This document shows positions 11,581 through 24,399 of a DNA stretch of 64,000 nt, one piece after another (positions within the stretch are counted from its first letter, which is position 1; each line of letters opens with the position of its first letter). A program made the translations under genes and the position numbers. Source of the DNA: Octopus sinensis (Eukaryota); NCBI RefSeq assembly GCF_006345805.1, contig NC_042997.1, forward strand, positions 40,300,001-40,364,000, read 5' to 3'. The notes under the pieces are model-generated. The model was not told where the DNA came from. It was given only the letters and a program-made list of their open reading frames with translations, and did no database searches.

Positions 11581-11815
11581 CGGAATGGCTTAGAAGCAGC
11601 AGGTTGCAAGAGGGTGAGAGAGAGAGAAGAGGGTAAGAGAGAGAAAAGGGGTAAGAGAGAGAGAAAGAGAGACAGAGAGAGAAGGGATTAAGGAGGGTGG
11701 AAGGCATATATATATATATACATTGGTAACGGTTTTAGCTCGCTCTGATACTGAGTTGAGATGATGCCTTCTAGTATCTCGAAATTTAATATACAATTAT
11801 TCATAATTGTAGTGT

Positions 11816-11905
11816 CCTACGCTGATGAGAAAAGAAGTTGGGTAAGACATAATTATCTAATTCTTATGGTTCCTAAAACTTAATTTCGAAACGTACGTCC
11901 GTAGG
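11816..11905 (+). ncRNA. Type I hammerhead ribozyme, catalytic core intact
   Basis: Stem I cctacg (11816-21) / cgtagg (11900-05); CTGATGA (11822-28); stem II closed by G11829-C11887 (gaaa/tttc, aagtt/aactt, taaga/tctta); GAAA (11888-91); palindromic stem III cgtacg; GTC cleavage triplet (11897-99). Confidence 0.85.
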
Positions 11906-11920
11906 TGACTTAAAATTGTA

Positions 11921-12020
11921 NNNNNNNNNNNNNNNNNNNNNNNNNNNNNNNNNNNNNNNNNNNNNNNNNNNNNNNNNNNNNNNNNNNNNNNNNNNNNNNN
12001 NNNNNNNNNNNNNNNNNNNN
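11921..12020. other. Assembly gap (100 N)
   Basis: Run of n. Confidence 1.
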
Positions 12021-12239
12021 AGAAAAAAAAAAAAGGAAAAATAAAATAATAAAGAGAGATAAAAGACACCCAAAAATTCAGGAGAGAAAAGAGTAAACGA
12101 ACTTCAAATGTATGTTTTTTCCCCCTCTCTCTGACGGTGAGACAGCTGCCTCTTATGCTTCACATCTGAAAATGAGGCTGCTTCAACTTTTTACTTTGGC
12201 AAGTCGGGCTTGCACTCTTGTTAGATGTAGACGTTTTAG

Positions 12240-12241
12240 AA

Positions 12242-12299
<58 letters not shown>

Positions 12300-12378
12300 T
12301 TATATATATATATATATATACAAGAAATATAATAGTTATTATATATGTAGATATATATATATATAAACATATATATAC

Positions 12379-12414
<36 letters not shown>

Positions 12415-12523
12415 GTACAATAAATATGATAGTCTATATATATACATATATACATATATACATATATATATACATATATATACAGATATATATATATATA
12501 TATATACAATAATATGATAGTTA

Positions 12524-12561
<38 letters not shown>

Positions 12562-12569
12562 CATATATT

Positions 12570-12620
<51 letters not shown>

Positions 12621-12730
12621 TGTATATATATATATATAATATATATTATATATAATATATATATATATATAGGTATATACATACACAATAGTAATATATA
12701 TATTATGTATGTATATATGTGTATATATAT
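12240..12730. repeat. Large degenerate (TA)n array with a recurring ~20-bp motif
   Basis: 'taca(a/g)(t/a)aatat(g/a)atagt' recurs at ~12320, ~12416 and ~12504. Confidence 0.85.
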
Positions 12731-13747
12731 GTATGTGTGTGTATATTCCTATGCTGTTCTCTATGTCGCCCGGTTCTTCTGTAAGAACAATAAATAAATG
12801 AAAAACCTCTGCTGTTCCACCTCCTTCTCCTCCTCCTCCCACACAGACAACCTGCCTGTCTGTTTGCCAGTCAGTCAGTCAAGCAGGCAGACAGACCGAC
12901 AGACAGACACTATATTTAGTTGTATTAGAAAACAACTGAGGAATATATATATATATATATATATAAATCTTCATCCCTGAAAAAAGAAAAATAAGAAGGA
13001 AAAAGAAATAAAAAGAAAAAAAAAGAAGCAAAAGTGGAAGTAGGAGAAAAGGAAGAGGAGAAAGTAAACCGTTCGTTAAAATGTATTATTACGCGAGTTT
13101 ATAAGATCCATTTATTTATATATATATATATATATAGATATATATATACTTTTATTATCAACTTTGACATCTGTAATCTTTACAAACGCCGAACTTCAGT
13201 CATCGGAAGTTAAACAGGGACATTTTTATTTTTCTTGTAATTTTAAACCCGGACAATAAAACCAAACCTTAAATATAAGGAAAAGAAAAAGAAAAAAAAA
13301 AAAAAAAAAACGAAGCCGGATTTTGAAATTAGCCCCCCCCCCAAAAAAAAAAGAAAAGAAAAAGTTAAAAAGTAACAGAAGAAACGAAAAAAAAAAACCA
13401 AAACACAACAAACCAAACAACATAGTTTCTCTCATCCACTAGAAGTGTTTATCAGTAATTTCATAGTTTCGAAAAACCACCGTATCACCGTTTCCTCTAA
13501 TAAACGGGCGCAAAAAACATTCTCGGGTTTTCGGGTTACGCATGTGCTTTTGTTCGCCCCCTGTCGTCGCCGTTATTGTTATAGTTGAAGTTTTTCTCTT
13601 GTTTTCATCGTGAAAACAAGTTTACGAACATTGTTAAACGACCCTAACACTTTCTGTTTTTGTTTTTGGAGTACCACTTTATCTACAGAAAAGTTTTTAA
13701 AAAACCCAAAACATTTGAACAGTACAAGTAAATCTATCAAACTAGCA

Positions 13748-13819
<72 letters not shown>

Positions 13820-14068
13820 GTCTGTCTGTCTATCTGTTTGCTTCTGTCTCCCTGTATAGATATATAGATTGATAGATATACATACACATATTTAAGGATG
13901 CATCGCGGTGAAAAATATGAACTGTCTCCATCCGATTCTGGTCCGGCACCAAGTCAAAGGTAAATGATTCGAGTTCTTGCAGTTTTCTTTTATAAGACTA
14001 GAATTAATAACAATAATAATAATAATAATATAATAATAATAATAATAATGATAATAATAATAATAATA
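13748..14068. repeat. (TATC)n at ~13748-13815 and (AAT)n at ~14005-14068
   Basis: Directly visible. Confidence 0.95.
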
Positions 14069-14208
14069 GTGATAGAAAGAAAATATAAAACGCTGCTTAT
14101 TTTTTTCATGTCTGAGATAATCGATGACCACTTTCTATTTTCTAATTTCCGAGTATTTGTTGGCGATTGATAATCGAGCATAACGCATTCATTCACACAC
14201 ATACACAC

Positions 14209-14276
<68 letters not shown>

Positions 14277-14502
14277 CGCACATTTCATCCATCCACGTGC
14301 AGGCACATGCATTAAGTACACAGTTCACCTCACCTAAATATCAGAAATGAAAAAAAAAAAGCAACACACACTATCGCACACATATATATGTATGTATGTA
14401 TGTATGCATGTGTGTATGTATAGTTATAATAAGTGTGTGTGTGTGCGTATGCATGTATGTGTGTGTATACATACATGCAACATATATATATATATATATA
14501 TA

Positions 14503-14562
<60 letters not shown>

Positions 14563-14628
14563 TTATATAATATATATATGTGTGTGTATGTGTTTATATA
14601 TACATATATATATATTTATATATATATA

Positions 14629-14670
<42 letters not shown>

Positions 14671-14709
14671 AAATATATATATATATATAATATATATATC
14701 TAAATATAG

Positions 14710-14741
<32 letters not shown>

Positions 14742-15312
14742 AATAAATATATATAATATATATAAAAAATATATATATATATGTATAATAAACACATACA
14801 CATATGCACACACACACTGTAATCCGACATAAATGCAAAGTTTACATGCATATTTAAAAGCAGATGTGGTTCCATATGAATGCAGAGAGTGGAGGAAAGC
14901 GAGAGAAAGAGAGTGAGAGAGAGAATGGGAGAGTGAGAGAGAGGGGTAGGGAGGGAGGGAGAGAGTGCGAACGAGATGATTGTAAGGAAGAGGGTGGAAA
15001 GAGAAAGGCGTGCGCATTGTACAATCCGATGCGGGTTTTGCAATCAGCTGTTTCACTGATCTATTATTTAAACGTTTACCGCCACTGCCATAAAGCAATT
15101 AAGTTAGACGCTAGCTTGGGATGAGCAACGTCCTTATAGGTCGGATACGGCTCTACATCTATTGATGGAAGTGGCGAATGAGTAGTTAAGAAGATCGATT
15201 TGCATCCACATGATTACGGGTTCAATTTCAATACGTGAGAAATTAATTTTTCTGATACCTTCGGGTTGACTAATGTTCGCGATTTGTAAATGAAATTTCT
15301 CGACAGAAATTG

Positions 15313-15627
15313 GGTACTACTTAAGAAGAGTGGTCCCGGTGCGCGCACTCGCGTACTCGCGCATCCGCTCTAGCTAGTCGTGACTGGTCGATCCTTACTT
15401 TGTGTTTTTGTTTTATTTACTTTGTTTAAAAAAATTATTTACTTTGTGTTTTTGTGTTTTATTTACTTTATTTAAAAAGATTATTTACTTTGTGTAAAAA
15501 ATTATGTATTGTAAGTTTTATTTACTTTGCTAGGTCGTCGTTGTACGATCGACTAGTCACGACTAGCTAGCGCGGATGCGCGAGTACGCGAATGCGCGCA
15601 CCGGGGCCAATCTTCTTAAGTAGTACC
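15313..15627. mobile_element. 315-bp MITE with 81-bp GC-rich TIRs and 9-bp TSD (Mutator/MULE- or Merlin-like)
   Basis: TIRs 15313-15393 and 15547-15627 ('ggtactacttaagaagag...ggtcgatc' / 'gatcgact...cttaagtagtacc'). TSD cagaaattg (15304-12) / ctgaaattg (15628-36). Confidence 0.88.
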
Positions 15628-16744
15628 CTGAAATTGTACGCAGACCCGACATGTGTACATGTGCATGTGTGTGAGAGTAAGAGTGTGTGTATGGTTTATA
15701 TATATATATATATATATATATAGATATATATATATATATATATATATATAACAAAAGGGACATTAACCATTTGAATGTGGCTAATATTATATATATATAT
15801 ATAATATATAATATATATATATATATATATAGATATATATATATATATATAATATATACTGATGTGTATGTGTGTGTTCATTCCTGTTTGTGTATACTGG
15901 TGCAAATCAGTATAAATTACTTTGTGGGACTTCTAAGTACAGACTACTGTAAAAAAAAAAAGACAAAATCTATGAAGGGAGGTAACCCTTATAAATATAG
16001 GCATTCGGTGAACTGTCTGCTATTCATTTTATCAATCATTAAGGACGAGAATCAATATAATTGAATACTGTTGAAGGCCGTCTTCCCAAAGGAACGTTTC
16101 GCCTTCTGACTGCAAACCATTTTTCATGTAATGTATAGTCCGTTTTTCCCCAGCTTATACACCTAAAGACCATTCTCAACCAGTTTTGAAGTATCTTCAT
16201 TAAGCTAAGAGCCCGTTTATATACCACTTTCATTCAGCCTATAGACTATTATCTATGGTAGGCTTCAGGATAGTTTCCATCTTTAAAATTTTACCCAGAG
16301 TGTATTCATCACTTTCTGAACTGACAACAGTTGAAAAACTCTTTCTCATTGTTCTACTCAGTAGACCCGAAGCCGGAACCACGTCTTTGCTAAGCGATCC
16401 TCTTAATGATATGATTGCATTTACTTGTAATCACCACCACCCCATCATCCCCCACTCCACTGCTTCTCTAGTAAAAAGGGATTTAGGAAATTTGTAGTTC
16501 TATTTACAGTAATTCTAGGTTCTGGAGAAATATTTGGGTTGTAATTCCATACCTTAAGATAATTTTTAGAAAAGATTTATGGTATTTGCTCACATCCTCT
16601 CTCTCTCTCTCTTTCTATCTCCCTCCCTCCCGCTCTCTAAACAATAGCTACCGGTGGTTGCTATAAATATTTAGATATATCACATCCCTTAATAATTTTG
16701 TTAACAAAGCGTTTATTAGTAGTGCCTGGCAAAAAAAAAATCGT

Positions 16745-17116
16745 GGCTGTGTGGTCAGTAGCTTGCTTACCAACTACATGGTTCCAGGTTCAGTCCTACC
16801 GCGTGGCATCTTGGGCAAGTGTCTTCTGCTATAGCGCTGGGCCGACCAATGCCTTGTAAATGGATTTGGTAGACGGAAACTGAAAGAAGCCCGTCGTATA
16901 TATGTATATATATATATATTCGTGTGTGTGTGTTTGTCCCCCTATCATTGCTTGACAGCCGATGCTGGTGTGTTTATGTCCCTGTCACTTAGCGGTTCGG
17001 CCAATAGAATAAGTACTGAGCTTACAAAAAGAATAAGTCCTGGGGTCGATTTGCTCGACGAAAGGCGGTGCTCCAGCATGGCCACAGTCAAATGACTGAA
17101 ACAAGTAAGTAAAGAG
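16745..17116 (+). mobile_element. Full-length SINE, family A
   Basis: Colinear with 5088-5503. Confidence 0.92.
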
Positions 17117-17675
17117 TGCTTGCACGACTATTTTGTAGAATATCAAGAGCTATGAAGAACTTGCAAAAAGGAAGTTTCTACTTTCAGAAGGAATTTTTGT
17201 CATTCTGTTGATGCGCAGCCGTCATGAATAAGTAGAGATTAGGAAGTTTATTACTTGTAAAGTTTCTGAGGGTGCGGTGTTTATGAGTATAAACATTGTT
17301 GTGTTGTGTGTTATTTTAACATATGTAAAGAATGCATTTTGGTTAGAAAAGAATTACATATCTGCTAAATGACATCTGTCTTTTATCTTTTACGAGTTTC
17401 ACTCATCAGACTGCGGCCATGGTGGGGCACCGCTTTGAGGAATTTTATCCTGAGCCGCTCCAATGTCCAATATCCCTACCGTATTACACACAGAATCCCG
17501 CACTCAGTTCTTTGCTGGAATGATCTTCCTCTCAGCTTACATTTTGTCTATATATATCAACACTTAGAAGTCTATGTTAAACACCAATCCTATCTTACCT
17601 AAAACACTTTCTCTTGGACAATGTAATTATAAAAAAAACATCGAAGCATTGAATAGACTCCGTCATTCTATCACT

Positions 17676-17726
<51 letters not shown>
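17676..17726. repeat. (CTA)n microsatellite
   Basis: Directly visible. Confidence 0.98.
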
Positions 17727-18042
17727 TAATTTCTGTTCCTTTGAAGTGGTAAATTGTGTACCACCCTCACTAGGATCCACTCGATGAACTAGCCTCTTTT
17801 GTTGCTAAACTTACTCTCCGGACTATCCTGAGCACTTCTTTGGAGAATGCCATTCCTCTAAAGGTTTCCTGCCAGTTTACATTTCACAGACAGACCACTT
17901 CTTGAAGTAGTCCAATTCGAATATCAACCATTTCTGACTAACTACTGATAGCAATGAGAATTTAACTACAAATATAAAATGAAAATTAAGAACAACACTA
18001 GATGCTTTATAAGTAACGAGATAGGAGTGTGAGTGTGTGTGT

Positions 18043-18083
<41 letters not shown>

Positions 18084-19274
18084 GTGAAGGGGATTACATA
18101 TATATATCGGAATAAAGGGGAAAAAGTAGTCAGAACGTGTATTGAAATTTGTTTAAACTGGTGTTGCTCCAATTTGCAACAACAAACATTAAGTAATTAT
18201 AAACCTCCCATTTAGCTATAATACCCATCATTAGCGAAATTTTATATTTTCCTACTGATTATTCCTTGAGCGAAAATATCGTTTTCAAATAGACAAATTG
18301 CATCGTAATTGTGTTCTTTAATATTTCAGAGACAAAGGCATAGTAAATATTTTTGCTTCTTAACATCTACAATTCCAAGACGATCGGCAGCATAGAGAAC
18401 TTTTAGTTTACATCATTTTTACCTCAAACCGGCAATAAAATCTCGAGTCACCACAGGGAAGCAACATCGATTGTTGTTATAATTTATATAACTTCTTATT
18501 TAATAAACTTTTTGACGTTTAGCTACAAATTAGATCTTTACATCAGGCGTTTACGATTGAATATGTTCTTGTTAGAAGTAATTACACTTGGTTGATAAAC
18601 TCATTTACTCGTTAAACAATGATTACAACCTCTAGGTATCACACTAGTTAACTGTGTCTAATGGAGGCACAAAACCAGAAATTTGAAAGCGAGGGATGTA
18701 GTCAATTATATCGCCTCCAGTTCTTATCTGATATTTTTTGGTATTTAACCAATTTTAGCTGTATTTGAATTTAGAATGTAAAGATCCGAAAGAAATACTG
18801 CTAGGCATTTTGTCCGACACTCTAACGATTCAACCTATGTACCAACCTCATTATATAAGTTAATACAGAGTGGTATGGTGCTTTATCTTTCATTGATTTT
18901 TTTTTTGCCAAAAATCTAGCAAGTTAGCTGATTTTATATTATATAGTGAATTAATATTTTGAGTTCAAATTCTGACAGCAGAGTCAATTATCCACCTTGT
19001 TGAAAGATGAACTGGAAAGACTGATAAAGCATAAATGTTCGTCTCTTTAAGTTCCGAGTTCCAGTTCCATGCTAGTTGATTTCACTTTTCTTTCATCAGT
19101 GAGTAAGGTGAGAAAATAAATATCAGTCGTTCGTTTTTTAAATTATTGTCTTGCACTAGGTCAGCTCTGATTGCGCAGACTTAAATCAAAAGCCTTTCGG
19201 CTGTCATCTTCTCGTCTTTATGAAAATATTTGGAGCTTCATAATTTCAATGTCTTTCCCATTTTTCTTTCCTCT

Positions 19275-19710
19275 CTAGTTTCAGCTCAGAGCTGCGGCCA
19301 TGCTGATGCACCGCCGTTTTGCTACACTGTTATTACTAAGAGCCTCCTCTAATATGTGACACTTAGTGAAGCATGGAGTTTGATATAGCTACCATCATTT
19401 GCACCTCTTGCCGTAAGGTTGGTTTATCTGGGACTCTCGACAGGAAGAGGTCCAGTTTTGATTTAAAAACCCCTACATCTACTTTGTGCAAGTTCCTCCG
19501 ACTCTTTGGGAGAATATTAAAAAGCTGTGGGCCCTTGAAACCCAGGCTGTTGCAGAAGCTGGTCCTGAAGCGTGATGGCATTGCTGGGATCTTTGGCACT
19601 ATGCAGCGTTGTCCCGTTCTGGCATTGGTGTAGATTTCAATCCCAAATTTGGCACATTTCCTTCCATATTTAAAAACAGTGAGATTTAGCACCTGTTTCT
19701 TGCAGGTCAA
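19275..19710 (-). mobile_element. 3' fragment of a CR1/L2-like LINE with a stem-loop tail
   Basis: ORF-track peptide GQRCIVPKIP...SLGFKGPQLFNILPK...FKSKLDLFLSRVPDKPT. Tail 'ggcggtgcatcagcatggccgcagctctgagctgaaactag'. Confidence 0.88.
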
Positions 19711-20464
19711 GTGACCACTACATCTCGTTGGTTCGAGAAAATACGATTAAAGTAGTAAGGTCGATCCAATAAACTGTCTCCTTCTGCAAATTTCTATTCT
19801 TGTTTCTATGTTGCAAAATTATTCCTCTCATCATAAGAGATAGAATAAATTCATTGAAGCAAAGTCTTAGATTCAAACAACTGGAATTCCTTCTCAATAT
19901 AACAAGTATTAGTCCTAGCCAAAAATAAAGTTATTTCTTGAGAATTTTATTAATTTTCCCCATTCCAAAAAGTTTTTAGCATCAGAGCAAAATAAGTTTA
20001 AGCTGTCAACCACATATATTCCGCCTTCTCATGCTATTTTCACTGTCATTTATTCGCCTTTATAAATAAATATTACTGACCTGGTAGAGTTGTTAGAATA
20101 TGGAATTATTGCACAAATGGTTCCAAAGTTTCGTATTCGTTTATAGTGCTATAAATGGAAACAAGTATAGTGAGTTGTAAAACTCAATACAGTAAGAACA
20201 GAAAGTATGCGTATTACACAGACTTCAACATATATTTACATACAAGTTCACTACTTCCTATCACAGGAACACAGTTTTGAAATCGTGTTCATGTAATGCA
20301 ATAACCCTACCTTATTCATAGATAATATATCAAATTTTTCTTCAACAGCATTGGGAAATCAGATTATTTATGCAATTTTTCGACATAATGATTAAAGATT
20401 TACCCATTTCTACGAATTGCGACTTGACACTCCGATAAATTATCCTTATCAGAATGTTCTTTAC

Positions 20465-20543
<79 letters not shown>

Positions 20544-20662
20544 TACACACGCATGTATGTATATATATATATATATATATATACAACTATTTAAGTGTAT
20601 ATATATTATATGAGTGTATATGTGTATATGTGTGTGTGTGTATTATATATTATTATATACGT

Positions 20663-20706
<44 letters not shown>

Positions 20707-21050
20707 TATATAATATATATATATATATATGAATATGAATATGTATATTTATAAAACCATATATTAAATATAAATCATTTAAGAGTCGGTTGTGCGACAT
20801 TTCATTTATTCGACTCCAAATTACAAGACCCTCTCACCCCAAATAGTACATTCTACTTGCTAGCGGTGATCATTCAATGTTGCCTTGTGGCTAACCAGTT
20901 CACTTCGCAACCGCATCGTTCCATGTTCAAGAGTAAGAAAAGACTGATTTCTAAATTAGCTTCATGTCTGACAAACATCTGTGTAAAATTTGGTGGATGG
21001 AAACTATGCCGAAGCCCGTCACGCGCGTATATGTATGTACGTAGATACAT

Positions 21051-21101
<51 letters not shown>

Positions 21102-21405
21102 GCGAATATACATACACTCACATATATTTGCGTGTGTATATCGGCATGGAGCAAACAAATCGGTGCGGCGAACAAAAATACTTTGCAGTATCTAGTTACA
21201 ACCTCGTTATCCGTCTTTGTATCATGGATTGCATTTCACATCTTCAGTAAAACAGTATTAGACAAATTACTAGAATTGATATAATCAACTAAAACTCTTC
21301 CAAGCATTGCTCCAGTATGACCACACTGAAATGACTGAAACCCTTAAAAGAATAACAGAACAGACTATATATATATATATCTTAATAGTAATAGTATGAC
21401 AACAG

Positions 21406-21466
21406 AATAACTAAAGAGATGCCGGAGCAGATTTCTGCCCCGACATCCGAAACTCGGAGTTTTATT
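21406..21466 (+). ncRNA. Type I hammerhead motif with one core substitution (CUAAAGA, G5 to A)
   Basis: Stem I aataa/ttatt; CTAAAGA (21411-17); 13-bp stem II gatgccggagcag/ctgccccgacatc (2 mismatches); GAAA (21449-52); stem III ctc-g-gag; GTT site. Confidence 0.65.
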
Positions 21467-21501
21467 ATGGCAACCGAATAATTGTCACATATCATTTTAC
21501 A

Positions 21502-21547
<46 letters not shown>

Positions 21548-21551
21548 TTAG

Positions 21552-21764
21552 TTATGGCCGGTCTATAGATCTACCCTGGGTTTCACGTCCATAAAGGACT
21601 CAGCTTCACGAGGTTTATTCAGACCCTAATGGCCGGCGGTCCATAACCGCTCTTCAAAGTGGATGGAGGTTATTGGTCATCGGCGATTAGGGTCCGTAGA
21701 AACGCCGTAAAGCTAAGTGCTTTATGGATGCGAAGTCCAGAGTTACCACATAGGCCGGCCATAA
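21552..21764. mobile_element. 213-bp fold-back MITE-like element
   Basis: TIR ttatggccggtctat / ataggccggccataa. Nested internal IRs: 'tccataaag' with 'ctttatgga', and 'gaccctaat' with 'attagggtc'. Confidence 0.8.
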
Positions 21765-21840
21765 TTATCTTTACCTATTTACTCTACTGCGCTATAACTT
21801 AGGGAATGTGCTTTTCTTTCGGATTTATGATTTACTGACG

Positions 21841-21907
<67 letters not shown>

Positions 21908-21959
21908 GTAGATCTTCCGGACATTATTGTTTCGATCCTAGGATTCGTAGGACTGGTTA

Positions 21960-22160
21960 TTTGATTTCTATGGCGAATAAGTCACCGGGATCACAATAAG
22001 CCCTGAACGGAATGCAAGCTCGATCCAGGGTTACTATTTTTTAGCAGAGTGGTTTGGAGCAACGTGAAATGATTTTTTACTCAAGGACACCATACGCCAT
22101 TGGAAATGCCACGATTGCAATCTCCTGATTGTAACACCTCTAACCACTGGGCCACACACC
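21960..22160 (-). mobile_element. Diverged SINE family C (tRNA head plus CORE-like domain)
   Basis: 'ggagcaacgtgaaatg...ctcaaggacacc...taaccactgggccac' is the reverse complement of the 29004-29313 copy. Confidence 0.7.
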
Positions 22161-23770
22161 TTTGCATCAGAAGTATGTAGGTAAATTATCATTCGGCTTT
22201 TATTGATCATCGCAAACGGTTATTGTAGCGTGATGTAGGAAAATTAGCATTTCGTATGAGACTTCTCATGTATCACCAAATATAATTATTCTAGCAAACA
22301 CAGTTTAACGAAGAATTCCTTTCTCTCCATTCTCATAGATTGCTTCTCTGCAGAACTACTATTATAAAATGTTTACGTTGAAAATATTTACAAAGTTTTG
22401 TGTTTAACAACACACAGCCGCTTTAACCACACCCGCCAAATTACTATCTATTCAATGCTTTCACTTCATGATGAGTAAATTCAATTACAAGTCTTTTGGA
22501 TGACCTTCAATTACACACCAGTAATTATTCTCATTTTCCTCATAATTTGATTGATTGCGATGCCGAACTACCTTAAATAATAATCCATTCAGGTTAAATC
22601 ATGGAAAAATATCAGTATCTTCTTAACTAATAGGAAGACTGGGGCAATACAACTAAATACTTTCCGCATATTTCGTATGATGAAAAAAACAGCAGAAGTT
22701 AACAATACTCTTCTTTACATATTACCACACTCCCACATAACAAAGTGCTACAGCTCACATGAAATGCCCTACTATGAATGACTTTCCCTCTCAGTTTATT
22801 TTCTACTTCTTTCACTTCAAGTATCTAAGCTTGAAAACGGATAAAAACTTCCGAACTGCATTCGCTAGAAGCATCAACTAATCTTTTGTGCTTTATGTCA
22901 CATTCTATCTATTCACCACCTGTTGCCAAGAAGAAAATTCTTGTTTCAAGCGAACTTTATATATATTTTTTTCACCAGTATTGTAATTATTATTATGCAT
23001 GACAAAAAGTAGTTATTGATATATTGAGGAAAACAACTTGAGATACGTCTAGCTCGTATATTTTCTTTCGCTGTTAAAATATTTCTGTTGTTTTAAGTGA
23101 ATGCAGCTGATGTTTCTATGTACTTGAACTGAATGAAGCCAGTTAGAATTCCATCGTATTTAAATTTGTTTTATTTTATTCAACGTTGCTTCTCTTGTTG
23201 GGAACACTCCTCATTAAAAACTAATTGTTATGCTCATGATGCCCTCACACAAGCACACACACACAAACACATACTCACACACACACACACACACACACAT
23301 ACACTTACACACACGCGCGCATACACACATGCAAACACATACACACATGCAAACACATACACTCGCACACACACTCAAACACACACACACAACATACGCA
23401 TGCATCCATGCTAACACATATATTTGAAATTTGTAAAAGCGTTGATTATAAACTACAATTTCTGCATACATAACACTTTACATGAGAGACAAATTACGCA
23501 TAAACAAGAAACAAATCGATAATTTTTTACTTTCCTGGGGAGTTTTAAAAGTCTTTTTAACATAATCTAAACATATAAATGCGAAGACACAATTCGCTGC
23601 TAAACCTAAGACAGAGTTTATAAATATAAACAAGCTGTGTTTATTACGCAACTTTTAATGCTGTTGTGAGATATTTTGATGGTTTTCTCAGAAGGAAAAA
23701 TGCACTGGCCCTTGGTCTTCACAGCCTCTCTGAAGCTTGTGAGATCGATGCAGTTCATATTCATCAAGAC

Positions 23771-24361
23771 CAGTGGTTCTCATTGAGGGTTCATATGATC
23801 CCCTGAGATCTAAATTGGGGATCCACAGTAGTATTTAAAGGGTGCATGAAAAAGTCTTGCATAAGATATATTCATTGTAAGAAACGGTTTGGCTTCTTTT
23901 TCTAATGTTTTACATAGTTTAACATGTTTCTGGCCACTGAACCACGTTCTGTTAGAGAGTGCTTTTGCAAACCTACACAAGTGAATAAATGAAAAACAAA
24001 ATAAGAATTTTGAAAGTACCTATAAAACTAATTTTTAAACGTCACCCTTTTCAAGCCTAGCCAGGGTCATGGGTCCGATTTCCCGGTTTCTGTGGCGTAT
24101 GTGTTCCCCAGCTGGACGGGACTCCAGTCCATCACAGCATTACTCCTTTTTGCCAGCTGAGTGGACTGGAGCAACGTGAAAGGAAGTGTTTTGCTCAAGA
24201 ACATAATCTTACGATCATGATGCTGACACCCTAACCACTAAGCCGCGCGCCTCTACAGTTTTTAAACACTGAATGGCTATGGCTAGATTTTATGGCTGAA
24301 TGGCTAAATTTTAAATAGTAATCAAAGGGGTTCATATATGAAAAGAGAATGAGAACCACTG
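23771..24361. mobile_element. hAT (Charlie-type) MITE, 591 bp, with nested SINE
   Basis: TIR cagtggttctca / tgagaaccactg. 8-bp TSD atcaagac / atctagac, matching the Charlie NTCTAGAN preference. Confidence 0.9.
24041..24258 (-). mobile_element. SINE family C copy nested in the hAT MITE
   Basis: CORE-like 'gagtggactggagcaacgtgaaaggaagtgttttgctcaagaac'. 9-bp TSD tttttaaac (24032-40 / 24259-67). Confidence 0.8.
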
Positions 24362-24399
24362 ATCTAGACCAGCTGCAGGCTGCCGACTGCGGGTAAAAT

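Noticed and set aside
12735-12800. Minus-strand polypyrimidine plus TTACAG acceptor as a host exon
   Set aside because: No matching donor site or coding signal follows.
16040-16460. Possible retroelement or host coding remnant on the minus strand
   Set aside because: The peptides show no recognisable conserved motif.
17390-17415. Minus-strand CTGATGA-gt-GAAA as a hammerhead
   Set aside because: It is a variant of the SINE A tail stem-loop. A 2-nt stem II is impossible and there is no stem I.
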